Origin: Desulfobacterales bacterium
GTDB lineage: Bacteria > Desulfobacterota > Desulfobacteria > Desulfobacterales > UBA11574
Length of the DNA: 64,000 bases
Assembly (NCBI GenBank): GCA_046484425.1
Contig: JAWOIY010000023.1
Location: 27,771 to 91,770, forward strand
Direction: 5' to 3'
The stretch's first letter is position 1. The number at the start of each line of letters is the position of its first letter. This document shows positions 32,619-42,528 of this stretch, one piece after another. The notes beneath the pieces were generated by a model. It was not told the DNA's origin, searched no databases, and was given only the letters and a program-made list of their open reading frames with translations. Both the position numbers and the translations under genes were made by a program.

Positions 32619-34559
32619 ATGTTGAAACAACAATTGCATACACATTTCGGTTTCGATTCGTTTTTAAAAGGTCAGAAAGATGTCATCCAAAATATTTTGG
32701 ATGGGCAATCCGCGGCGGCCATTTTTCCTACCGGTGCCGGCAAATCCCTTTGCTATCAGTTGCCGGCCATGATGCTTCCCGGTATGACACTGGTGGTTTC
32801 TCCCTTGTTGTCCTTGATGAAGGACCAGATGGATTTTCTGCTGGGAAACCATATCCCGGCCGCACGTCTAGATTCCACTCTGAATAAAACTGCGTATAAT
32901 GAGATTCTCGAAAGAGCCAAAAACAATGAACTGAAAATCCTGATGGTATCCGTCGAACGGTTTAAAAATGAGCGATTCCGTAACCACTTGGAAAAGATGA
33001 ATATTTCCCTGTTGGTAATCGACGAAGCCCATTGCATCTCTGAATGGGGGCATAATTTCAGGCCGGAATATCTGAAACTGCCGGATTACCAGAAAGAATT
33101 CAACATCCGGCAAACGCTGCTGCTGACCGCAACAGCGACCAAGCCGGTCATTAAGGATATGTGTGAAAAATTCAGCATTCCCAGGCAAAATGTCTCCGTA
33201 ACAGGCTTTTATCGCGACAACTTGTTTCTTCAAATCACACCGACCACCACATCCGAAAAAAAGCATCGTCTGCTTCAACGAATTCTTGAGACACCCCATG
33301 CCCCCACCATTGTCTACGTTACCCTTCAGAAAAGGGCCGAAGATGTCTCTGATTTTCTTCGTGAAAACAATATCAATGCGCATCCGTATCATGCCGGAAT
33401 GGAAAATGAGATACGGGAGCTGATCCAAAACCGGTTCATGGAAGGGGCGATTTCCTGTGTCGTCGCCACCATCGCCTTCGGTATGGGCATCGATAAGAGG
33501 GACATCCAAAGAATTATTCACTTCGATTTGCCCAAATCCATTGAAAACTACAGCCAGGAAATCGGGCGCTCCGGAAGGGACGGAAAGCCCGCGTTGTGTG
33601 AAGTTTTGGCCAACCGGGATCATATTCATATTCTGGAAAATTTTATTTACGGGGATACGCCGGAGAAGCAATCGATTGTTCAACTGCTCAAGATCATAAA
33701 GGAAAACAAAGGTTTTGTCTGGGAGGTCAAAGAAACAAGGCTTTCAAATGATCTGAACATCAGAATTCTTCCTTTGAAAACCCTGATGGTTTATCTTTCC
33801 ATGGAAAAAATTATCTCCCCGAAGCTGTCATATTTCGAATCCTATTCATTTAAGTTCTTCACGGAACCGGAAAATATTATTAACCGTTTTGAGGGGGAAA
33901 GAAGGCGATTTGTCAATATGATCCTGAAACATTGCGTTACTAAAAAAATATGGACGGATGTGGATATTCAGGGCATCCTGAACAGCTACGGAACGGATCG
34001 GGCGAGAATTCTTGCTGCCCTGGATTATTTTGATGAGAAAGGATGGATCGATCTTCAGGCCAGACAATCAGTGGAAGTATATGATATATTAACACAGGCT
34101 TTTGATATCGAAAGTGTAGCCGATAACATATTCTCCCTGTTTAAAAGCAAGGAGCAACTTGAAATTAAAAGAATCCACAGCATGGTCAGTTTTTTTGAAA
34201 GCGATTCGTGCATCAGCAAAACGCTTGCCGGATATTTCGGAGAACACCTTGAGAAAGACTGCTGCGGGCATTGTTCATTTTGTAAAAACGGGAAAGCGGT
34301 TTTGCAACACACGACCGAACTTAAGCCTCTCGTTAATTTTGATTTTAAAACGATTACCGATGAATTTATGCAAGCCGTCGGCGAACAGTTTACCGAGGTA
34401 AATTTAACGAAGTTTTTATGTGGTATTTATACACCTGTCTTCTCAAAATTGAAAATAAAGAAGCTGCCCCATTTCGGTATCCTTGAAAATCATCCCTTTT
34501 TGGAAGTCCAAAACTGGGTCAAGAGCCGGTTAAAAGTTGCGGATGCGACCGCACGATAG
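32619..34559 (+). CDS. RecQ-family ATP-dependent DNA helicase
   Basis: PTGAGKSLCYQ, DEAHCISEWGHNFRP, ATIAFGMGID, QEIGRSGRDG, zinc motif CGHCSFC. Confidence 0.93.
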   Translation: MLKQQLHTHFGFDSFLKGQKDVIQNILDGQSAAAIFPTGAGKSLCYQLPAMMLPGMTLVVSPLLSLMKDQMDFLLGNHIPAARLDSTLNKTAYNEILERAKNNELKILMVSVERFKNERFRNHLEKMNISLLVIDEAHCISEWGHNFRPEYLKLPDYQKEFNIRQTLLLTATATKPVIKDMCEKFSIPRQNVSVTGFYRDNLFLQITPTTTSEKKHRLLQRILETPHAPTIVYVTLQKRAEDVSDFLRENNINAHPYHAGMENEIRELIQNRFMEGAISCVVATIAFGMGIDKRDIQRIIHFDLPKSIENYSQEIGRSGRDGKPALCEVLANRDHIHILENFIYGDTPEKQSIVQLLKIIKENKGFVWEVKETRLSNDLNIRILPLKTLMVYLSMEKIISPKLSYFESYSFKFFTEPENIINRFEGERRRFVNMILKHCVTKKIWTDVDIQGILNSYGTDRARILAALDYFDEKGWIDLQARQSVEVYDILTQAFDIESVADNIFSLFKSKEQLEIKRIHSMVSFFESDSCISKTLAGYFGEHLEKDCCGHCSFCKNGKAVLQHTTELKPLVNFDFKTITDEFMQAVGEQFTEVNLTKFLCGIYTPVFSKLKIKKLPHFGILENHPFLEVQNWVKSRLKVADATAR

Positions 34560-34715
34560 AACGTACTGTTTCAGCCTATATTTTTTTGCTACGGATCAGA
34601 CAAATCAATTACTTTCCTGTTAAGCGTTTTTCGCAAAGCAGAAATTACTTTTTTGGAGATAGGACCATGTCCTGCGCTTTCTCACTTCAATTTTTTCATA
34701 AATTTCGTCTTGTAC

Positions 34716-35030
34716 CTACCTTTCTTCATCCCTCTCAAATATTTTCAGCTTGAAACGGAACCCTTCATACGTCATTAACATCCTGCCAAACTCATGCCAT
34801 GAAAGCTCCTTGCCATTAATGACAAAGCAGGGGACTTCACCGCCATTATCATCATACAAGATCTTTAAAACGTTTTCGCATATGATGTTATGCCTGCCGC
34901 AATATCGAACATCGCCTGAAGAATCCAAAAGTTTCAAGATGTTATCGGGCTTGCGTAATTTGTACTTTTCCAGCAATGATACATATCGGTCATTGTCAAA
35001 AGGTTCCTGGTAATTCATGGTATCGAACAT
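34716..35030 (-). CDS. Hypothetical protein, possibly an N-terminally truncated fragment
   Basis: 104 aa ORF with a protein-like C-terminal motif PCFVINGKELSWHEFGRMLMTYEGFRFKLKI; no clear RBS. Confidence 0.5.
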   Translation of the reverse strand: MFDTMNYQEPFDNDRYVSLLEKYKLRKPDNILKLLDSSGDVRYCGRHNIICENVLKILYDDNGGEVPCFVINGKELSWHEFGRMLMTYEGFRFKLKIFERDEER

Positions 35031-35175
35031 CAGTGTAACCAGAATGACTCCGATCAGGTGAATTCACATGTCGTTGTTTACATATGCTCTTATTGACACC
35101 ATACTCCTGATAGCTTATTGTTTCCAGAATTTAAAATTTTATTATTGCAATTATTATATGGTGTAAGCATAGAAA

Positions 35176-37851
35176 ATGAATAAAGAATTAAATGTTGTGG
35201 TGATGCCAAATGGCTCACTGCAGACGGAATGGATCGAAACAGAAGAACCCATAAATAAAAGCACCCGGTTGCTTCAACAGGAAATCTTCAACAGGTTTAC
35301 CGCCCACAGAGATGCCGCTCTCCTTTATTTGGGTTTCTGTGATAAGAAGATTGCCCTTTCCCCTTCCCTTGATTACTGGCGAAATTTTGCGGAGCAGTTT
35401 GCACGGGAACTGAGCCGGACACCTGAACTGGAATCCCTTCGCCATAAAGCCGACATTACCATTAATAAAAACTACCTCACTAAATTTGCAAACAGTGCCC
35501 CGTTGATGCCCGGCTCCGAATATATAAGGGCTGAATTGCTTGAAACTGTATGGTCAAAACTGAATTCAGCATTTAGACAGGCAATAAAATCGTACAAAGG
35601 AACCGTTGAAGAATTTATCCGCACCTATAGTCCTGATATACACCTGGTGGGCCGGATATTTTTTCATCTGGTTGAAAATAAAGATGAAAATTATCCTTTT
35701 GCGTTTTTGGCCACGTATTCTACCCGACTGAACAAACAGGGAAAATCAAAGCACCTGCCCCTTAAATATGCATTAAAGGAATATGAAAACCAGCAGGACA
35801 AATTATTGGAACTTCTGGCAACCGTTCATTTGGCTGCCAGGAAAAGCCCCTTTTTAGCCGATCTTCTTAACAGCGGAGAACTGTTTCACCCCATGTCCTG
35901 GATACCGGCGCAGGCTTTTTCGTTTTTAAAACAAGTCACAATTTATGAAGAATGCGGTATATTGTGCCGAATTCCGAACTGGTGGAAGGGAAAACCATCC
36001 ACACTGGGAATCAATATGAGTGTGGGCAACGCAAAACCGTCTCTGGTAGGTATGGATGCGCTCTTGAATTTTGATGTCAGGCTGAATCTTGGCGATACCG
36101 CCATTTCAGAACAAGAGGCCAAACTGCTTCTGCAGGAATCAGAAGGACTTGCCTTTATTAAAAATAAATGGGTGGCAGTGGACCCTGACAGGCTGAAACA
36201 GACCCTGGATGCATATGAAAAGGCAAAAAAGATGATGGCGGAAAAGGGCTTGAGTTTGAAAGATGCCCTCCGGTTACAGCTAAAGCCTGAAAAGTTGCTA
36301 AATGTTGATGCTGCTGAAATAAATTGCAGTGTTTCCAATGGGAAATGGCTCGAGTCGGTCGTTAAAAAATTGCTCAGTCCGCATTTGATTTCTTCACAAA
36401 AACCCGGCAAAGCATTTAAAGCCAAGTTAAGAAAATATCAGCAAACAGGGTTGGACTGGCTCCTTTTTTTACACTCACTTTGCTTTGGCGCCTGCCTGGC
36501 CGATGATATGGGGCTGGGAAAAACCGTCCAGGTACTGGCCTTTTTAAATATGTTAGCATCCGATTTCAAAAAATCAGGCTCCGGTCGTCAAGCCAGCCTC
36601 CTGGTCGTACCTGCCTCTCTTATTTCCAACTGGGTCAATGAAATACAGCGTTTTTCTCCTGATCTGAAGTATTTTGTCGCCCATCCCGGTTCAAATTCAG
36701 AAGCAACAGCACGCGTAAAAAACAAAGCTGCTTTGAATGCATTCGATTTGGTAATTACAACTTATGGACTGGTTCAAAAATACAAATGGCTTCAATCCCA
36801 TTTGTGGAACTATATCATTTTAGATGAAGCCCAGGCCATAAAAAATCCGGGGACCAAACAGGCCAAGGCCGTAAAACACCTGAATTGTCGCAACCGAATC
36901 ATCATGACCGGAACACCCATTGAGAATCGATTGTCAGACCTGTGGTCTTTATTTGACTTTTTAAATCCCGGGCTGTTGGGCAATGCCAAAGAATTTAAGC
37001 AGGTTTCAAAAAACATAGGCCGTGATCATTCAGGCTATACCGGACTGCGCAAGCTTATAAGCCCTTATATTTTAAGGCGGTTGAAAACCGACAAATCGGT
37101 AATATCCGATCTGCCCGACAAGATCGAGATGAAAACTTACGCCACCTTGAGCAAAAAACAAATCCTGTTGTATAAAAAATTAACCGATGACATAAAAGAA
37201 ACCATTGCCCACACCGAGGGAATTCAGCGCAAAGGTATTATCCTGGCGTCCCTGATCAAATTCAAACAGCTTTGCAACCACCCGGATCAGTATCTGGGAA
37301 CCGGCCCATTTGATGAAAATGAAAGCGGCAAATTTTTAAGGCTCAGGGAGGTCTGTGAGACCATCTATGAAAAAAGAGAAAAACTTTTGCTATTCACTCA
37401 ATTTAAGGAGATAACTGAACCCCTGGCTGAATTTTTAGAAGGTATTTTTGAGAAAAACGGTCTGGTCTTGCACGGAAGTGTTCCGGTGGGTAAAAGAGAA
37501 AAAATTATTGAACAGTTTCAGAGTCCTTCCTACGTCCCTTTCATGGTATTGTCCTTAAAAGCCGGCGGTGTGGGATTGAATTTGACGGAAGCTAACCATG
37601 TCATCCATTTTGACCGCTGGTGGAACCCTGCCGTAGAAAACCAGGCCACGGACCGTGCCTTTAGGATTGGGCAGAAAAAGAATGTGGTTGTCCACAAGTT
37701 TTTAACCAAGGGCACCGTTGAAGAACGAATCGATATGATGCTGGAAGAAAAGGCTCGTCTGTCGCGTGACGTTATTACCGCTTCCGGCGAGTCCTTGATA
37801 ACCGAAATGAAAAACGAAGAATTGATGGACCTTTTTAAACTTGCATTATAA
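35176..37851 (+). CDS. SNF2-family (SWI2/SNF2) ATPase
   Basis: LADDMGLGKT, DEAQAIKN, TGTPIENRL, SLKAGGVGLNL, DRWWNPAVENQATDRAFRIGQ. Confidence 0.95.
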   Translation: MNKELNVVVMPNGSLQTEWIETEEPINKSTRLLQQEIFNRFTAHRDAALLYLGFCDKKIALSPSLDYWRNFAEQFARELSRTPELESLRHKADITINKNYLTKFANSAPLMPGSEYIRAELLETVWSKLNSAFRQAIKSYKGTVEEFIRTYSPDIHLVGRIFFHLVENKDENYPFAFLATYSTRLNKQGKSKHLPLKYALKEYENQQDKLLELLATVHLAARKSPFLADLLNSGELFHPMSWIPAQAFSFLKQVTIYEECGILCRIPNWWKGKPSTLGINMSVGNAKPSLVGMDALLNFDVRLNLGDTAISEQEAKLLLQESEGLAFIKNKWVAVDPDRLKQTLDAYEKAKKMMAEKGLSLKDALRLQLKPEKLLNVDAAEINCSVSNGKWLESVVKKLLSPHLISSQKPGKAFKAKLRKYQQTGLDWLLFLHSLCFGACLADDMGLGKTVQVLAFLNMLASDFKKSGSGRQASLLVVPASLISNWVNEIQRFSPDLKYFVAHPGSNSEATARVKNKAALNAFDLVITTYGLVQKYKWLQSHLWNYIILDEAQAIKNPGTKQAKAVKHLNCRNRIIMTGTPIENRLSDLWSLFDFLNPGLLGNAKEFKQVSKNIGRDHSGYTGLRKLISPYILRRLKTDKSVISDLPDKIEMKTYATLSKKQILLYKKLTDDIKETIAHTEGIQRKGIILASLIKFKQLCNHPDQYLGTGPFDENESGKFLRLREVCETIYEKREKLLLFTQFKEITEPLAEFLEGIFEKNGLVLHGSVPVGKREKIIEQFQSPSYVPFMVLSLKAGGVGLNLTEANHVIHFDRWWNPAVENQATDRAFRIGQKKNVVVHKFLTKGTVEERIDMMLEEKARLSRDVITASGESLITEMKNEELMDLFKLAL

Positions 37852-37882
37852 AATAGCTGCTAATTAAACGAAGAGGTGATAA

Positions 37883-39046
37883 ATGTCATACTGGGGTTAT
37901 CCACGTTATGTATCTGTTGAGGAAAAAAGAGCCAAAGCAGCCCAAAAATTAAAACAACTTAAAAAGAAAAATCCTGCCATTAATCCGATTATTATTGAAG
38001 GAAGTACGATTGCGAGAACCTGGTGGGGGAAATCATGGAATCATAATCTGGAACGGTATGCGGATTACAGCAACCGTATCGGTCGTGGCCGCAGTTATGT
38101 TCGCCATGGTGCGGTGCTGGATCTTCAAATCAGTCCCGGAAGGGTCGAATCCCTGGTTCAGGGCACAAGATCAAAACCATACACGGTCATTATTAATATA
38201 AAAGGGATAAACAAAAAAATCTGGCAAAACATCAAGGCGGCCTGTGCCGGCAAACTGGATTCATTGCCGGAACTTTTGGCCGGAAAGTTTCCCAAAGTCC
38301 TGGGTGAAATATTTACTGCCCAAGGACAGGGATTGTTTCCATCACCGGAAGAGATTGAATTTAATTGCAGCTGTCCGGATTGGGCCTATATGTGCAAACA
38401 TGTGGCCGCCACCCTCTACGGCATCGGCGCTCATCTTGATGATTCCCCGAACCTGTTTTTCAAACTCCGGAAGGTCAATATAGATGACTTGATACAACAG
38501 ACCATAAAAGATCAAAGTTACAACTTGTTGAAAACGGCTGAAAAAACAAGTGCCAGAACGATTGCGGAATCGGATCTTTCCGGTATGTTCGGTATTGATA
38601 TGGAAGATCATATCCATTTTGATCCGCCGAAAAGCGGCAAAAAAGTATCCAGGAGCAAAAAAACCTCTCGAAAAGCGGGGAATCCGGCCAAAACCAAATT
38701 AACAAAAATAAAACCCGAATTGAAAACAGGTTCAAAGAAAAAAGCCGGTCAAACTTCATCTGAAAAGACAGGATTGAAAAAGACCATAAAATCGACTCTG
38801 GCTAAAACACGTAAAAAAAAGCCGGATAAAAAATCTTTTGCCAAAAATAATACTGCAGGGCTCACAGATGCTGATCGAATCCTTAATATTATCAAGCGGT
38901 CAAAAAAAGGCGTTGATGTTTCCATTCTGAAACAAAAAACCGGTTTCCATGAGAAAAAAATCCAGAACGTAATCTATAAAGCTCATAAAGAAGGCATTAT
39001 CAAGCGAACAGGACGGGGAATCTATCTGGGGACGAAAAATCGATGA
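37883..39046 (+). CDS. SWIM zinc-finger protein (SNF2 partner) with a Lys-rich linker and C-terminal wHTH-like domain
   Basis: RIGRGRSY, CSCPDWAYMCKHVAA; highly basic C-terminal half. Confidence 0.88.
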   Translation: MSYWGYPRYVSVEEKRAKAAQKLKQLKKKNPAINPIIIEGSTIARTWWGKSWNHNLERYADYSNRIGRGRSYVRHGAVLDLQISPGRVESLVQGTRSKPYTVIINIKGINKKIWQNIKAACAGKLDSLPELLAGKFPKVLGEIFTAQGQGLFPSPEEIEFNCSCPDWAYMCKHVAATLYGIGAHLDDSPNLFFKLRKVNIDDLIQQTIKDQSYNLLKTAEKTSARTIAESDLSGMFGIDMEDHIHFDPPKSGKKVSRSKKTSRKAGNPAKTKLTKIKPELKTGSKKKAGQTSSEKTGLKKTIKSTLAKTRKKKPDKKSFAKNNTAGLTDADRILNIIKRSKKGVDVSILKQKTGFHEKKIQNVIYKAHKEGIIKRTGRGIYLGTKNR

Positions 39047-39194
39047 TGATATGAAAGAGGGCCTTCGATTCTCACCCTGAGTTCATCCTTTTTTATGTAT
39101 TGACGAATAGTCGGCCGACCTCCCCACCATATATAAGGAAAGTAACAAGAGGCACTCACCCTGGTCTTTTGCCATAAGCAACTGATCTCTACCA

Positions 39195-39288
39195 ATTTTT
39201 TATCGCAAAGCGATGCAACTTCCTGCAATCTTTCTTCGGTTTGAACTCTGAACCTCACAGGTTTTTTTTCAGTGCCTAATTTTTTCAT
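39195..39288 (-). pseudogene. PBPRA1643-like (SWIM/SEC-C) protein N-terminal fragment
   Basis: AGGAAGG RBS, then MKKLGTEKKPVRFRVQTEERLQEVASLCDK; similarity ends there and there is no SEC-C motif. Confidence 0.55.
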
Positions 39289-39373
39289 CGACCTTCCTTT
39301 CTAATTTCTTGGGGTAAAACGATGCAGATGAGATTAGAAGTTGCCATTTCATCTGAACTGTTTATAACGGTCA

Positions 39374-42300
39374 TCACCGCGGGCCTGCCGGCATGGAGAG
39401 CATGTCCAGCAACTGACGGCGGGTAAAGGATTTCAACAGTTCCGGATCGTCTTCTTTTACTACCCCATTCATCAGGTTTCGTTTCTTTTCGATAATGGCG
39501 GCAATTTTTTCCTCCAGCGTTCCCATGGTTACCAGCTTGAATACCTGAACCCCACGCTGCTGGCCGATTCGATGAACCCGATCCGTGGCCTGATCCTCCC
39601 GGGCGGCGTTCCACCAGCGGTCGTAGTGGATGACTACCGAAGCGGCCACCAGGTCGATGCCGGCCCCTCCGGCCTTGAGGCTGCCTAAAAAGACACGGCA
39701 GTCAGAATCGGTGTTGAAACGGTCGATGATGGCCCCGCGGTTCCGACTGGCTCCGGTGAGTTTGGCAAATTCAACCTTTTGCTCGGTCAGATAGGATTCC
39801 ATAATGTCCAGCATCTTTAGATACTGGCTGTACACGACCACCTTCTGCCCGCTGTCCAGACTTTCAGACAACAGTTCGGTAAACAACTCCCATTTTCCGG
39901 ACTGGTATCGGCCGAAGTCTTTCACAGTTCCTTCCACCAGTGAAGGATGGTTGCAAATCTGCTTGAGCAGGCCGAGCAGTGCGAAGATGTGCAGGTATGG
40001 AACCGGCTGCGACGCTTCCTGAAGAACTTTGACCAGATCCGACCCCCGCCGGGAGATGGCCTCCCGATACAGCTTGATTTGATCATCGGACAGCTCACAG
40101 ATCCGGATATCTTCTATTTTTTCGGGCAATTCTTCTAAAACTGTTCCCTTGAGTCGCCTCAGGATAAAAGGAGAGATGAGTCGACTCAGCTCTTCCCGTC
40201 GTGAGCCGTTACGGTCCTGTTCGATGGGAATCAGATACCGGTGCAGGAAATGATCCTCTGTACCCAGGTATCCGGGTACGGTTACATCCAGGAGGGCCTT
40301 CAGATCGGCCAGGGTATTTTCGACAGGGGTCCCGGTGAGTCCGAGCTTGATGTGTGCCCGGACGATTTCGGCGGCTCGATAAGTTTTGGTTTCACGATTC
40401 TTGATGTTCTGAATTTCATCAAACACCGCGATGGAAAAAGAAGCCTGTTTTATATGGGAAACATCCCGCTGCAAAATTCCGTAGGAGGTTAAGATAACAT
40501 CGTTTCCTTCAATCACCGCCGTCAGATCCCGGTCTCCCCCGTAGTACACCGCTGTTTTTAAACCGGGTGCGTGTTCGCCGAGTTTGCGATGCCAATGGCT
40601 GATGACTGTGGTGGGACACACCAGCAGAAAAGGCTCGGCGACCTCTTTCCGTTCACGCAGCCACATCATAAGAGCCATGGCCTGGTGGGTTTTGCCCAGC
40701 CCCATGTCATCGCACAGCAGGCCGCCGAAACCGTTTTCAAACAAAAACATCAGCCATTCGGTACCCCGTTTCTGATAGTCTCTCAGCCGGGAGGACATTG
40801 CCTCAAGTTCCGGCAGCTCGACAGAGGGCTGCATGCGGTAGAGCCGCTTTAATACGGAAACGCGGTCTGCATCGCCGGTAAAGGCAACACTATTATCTTC
40901 TTGGCCTGCGGCCAGGCGAAATACATCCATCCTGGAGAGACGTATTCCTGTATTTTCAATAGGTTGAGATGTGTCCGATATACGTTCGAAAAGGGTGTCG
41001 AGAGGACTAAACTTCGGCGATTCGACGTCGATCCAGCCCTCATCGGTGGCGACGTATCGTTGTTTGGCCCTCTTGGCCGCCAGGATGTCCGAAAGGGAAA
41101 TCCACTGGCTGCCCATACCGTATTTGACAGAGATCCAGCACCAGTCCCTTTCCAGCACTTCCGGTGTGATTTCCACCCGATCGAAATCCGTTAGGATTTT
41201 GAGCCGCTTGATATTTTCATCGATCCGGTAAGTGTCATCAGCTAAATCTGTTCCAAATTCTTCCAAAAAGGCGGGAATTTGGCTTTTGTTAATAACGGTT
41301 TTCACCGGTTCCTTAAACTTGTTCGGAGGGAGTTTCGGATATTGATCTTCGGCCAGTATTCTCAATTCCTCGATGTAATATAAGTCCCCGTATTGAAATC
41401 GTTTGAGGTTCTCCCGCTCAAAAAATTTCGCCTCACCATCTTTTTGTATCAGGCGGAGCAGCGGTTGAATTTCCATATCATAATTTTCGTTGAGCCGGAC
41501 ATCGAAAATGGCATCTAGCGGGATGGGGTTAACGGCTAATTCGTGAGTATTACATATCACCCCCTTAAGGGCGCTCAATACCGCACTGACCCGGTGTCTC
41601 GGAATGTCCACGGCAAAAGGACACCGCTTTTCGGTATCTTGAAATTGTAAGACAAAAACACCGGTGCTTTTTTCGATGGCCGGATAGAATGTGCCGCCTC
41701 CGGCCGAAAATTCCCGGTAACCGTGATAAGCGACTTTGTACCAAATGCTCTCCTCAAAGACCTGGCGGCGGGTCTTGAAACCACGGTCCATCACGATCCG
41801 CTCGTCTTTGGTAAGGGTCAGCAAGCAAAGTTTCGATATTACATCACCCCGGGTCGGGATTTCCAACTTCTCGTCGGAGAAGGTGCATCTTTCGAGAAAA
41901 CGGGAGCGATCCATCCCCTGTGAAAAGTAAGTCAACAGTTTTTCACCGGACGCGCTCACGACCAATAGCGCTTTTTCGTTTCCATGAGAGGCGGCGGCAA
42001 GGCGAACGGAATCCGCTTTCATCGAAGCCCCATCTGCCATGACCTTTGCAAACTGATACCAGAAGCTCGTTTTGAAATCATCGGCAGGGGTGTTGTTTTC
42101 GATCTGTTGCCGGTATGCCGGAAGAATTCGGGAAAACTCCATGAGATGGGAACAGGTCTGTGAGCGCCGAGCGCTGCATGAACAAAATCGTTGGCTGGCT
42201 TCCCCCCTGGGGGCTTCGACCAGGATGGCGACGCCAGGCCTTTTGTCTTTGGGGTCCGGCATCAACGCGGCGGCATTCCGGTGGAACTCCAGCCGGTCCA

Positions 42301-42391
42301 AGTCCGCTTTGGAGACCTGACTCTTTTGAAGGGGTGCTTTATTTTTGGGAAGTCTTTTTTGGGATACGCTCTTTTTTCGTTGTCTTGCCAT
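39374..42391 (-). CDS. SNF2-family ATPase with N-terminal SWIM finger
   Basis: CSCSARRSQTCSH; LCDDMGLGKT, DEIQNIKN, TGTPVEN, DRWWNAAREDQATDRVHRIGQ. Confidence 0.93.
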   Translation of the reverse strand: MARQRKKSVSQKRLPKNKAPLQKSQVSKADLDRLEFHRNAAALMPDPKDKRPGVAILVEAPRGEASQRFCSCSARRSQTCSHLMEFSRILPAYRQQIENNTPADDFKTSFWYQFAKVMADGASMKADSVRLAAASHGNEKALLVVSASGEKLLTYFSQGMDRSRFLERCTFSDEKLEIPTRGDVISKLCLLTLTKDERIVMDRGFKTRRQVFEESIWYKVAYHGYREFSAGGGTFYPAIEKSTGVFVLQFQDTEKRCPFAVDIPRHRVSAVLSALKGVICNTHELAVNPIPLDAIFDVRLNENYDMEIQPLLRLIQKDGEAKFFERENLKRFQYGDLYYIEELRILAEDQYPKLPPNKFKEPVKTVINKSQIPAFLEEFGTDLADDTYRIDENIKRLKILTDFDRVEITPEVLERDWCWISVKYGMGSQWISLSDILAAKRAKQRYVATDEGWIDVESPKFSPLDTLFERISDTSQPIENTGIRLSRMDVFRLAAGQEDNSVAFTGDADRVSVLKRLYRMQPSVELPELEAMSSRLRDYQKRGTEWLMFLFENGFGGLLCDDMGLGKTHQAMALMMWLRERKEVAEPFLLVCPTTVISHWHRKLGEHAPGLKTAVYYGGDRDLTAVIEGNDVILTSYGILQRDVSHIKQASFSIAVFDEIQNIKNRETKTYRAAEIVRAHIKLGLTGTPVENTLADLKALLDVTVPGYLGTEDHFLHRYLIPIEQDRNGSRREELSRLISPFILRRLKGTVLEELPEKIEDIRICELSDDQIKLYREAISRRGSDLVKVLQEASQPVPYLHIFALLGLLKQICNHPSLVEGTVKDFGRYQSGKWELFTELLSESLDSGQKVVVYSQYLKMLDIMESYLTEQKVEFAKLTGASRNRGAIIDRFNTDSDCRVFLGSLKAGGAGIDLVAASVVIHYDRWWNAAREDQATDRVHRIGQQRGVQVFKLVTMGTLEEKIAAIIEKKRNLMNGVVKEDDPELLKSFTRRQLLDMLSMPAGPR

Positions 42392-42528
42392 AATATGCCA
42401 TCATCATGTTCGAAAAGCTTCGTTATGATCCGTTGTGTGCATTGTGCTTCGTATGGCTGAGCGAATTGCACAAAGTAGGTACAAAATTACAAGGATAAAC
42501 CAAAAAGATCTGTTGCATCTTGGACAAC

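Noticed and set aside
32868-33683. 271-aa minus-strand ORF
   Set aside because: It is antisense to the conserved RecQ helicase core and has no recognisable motifs.
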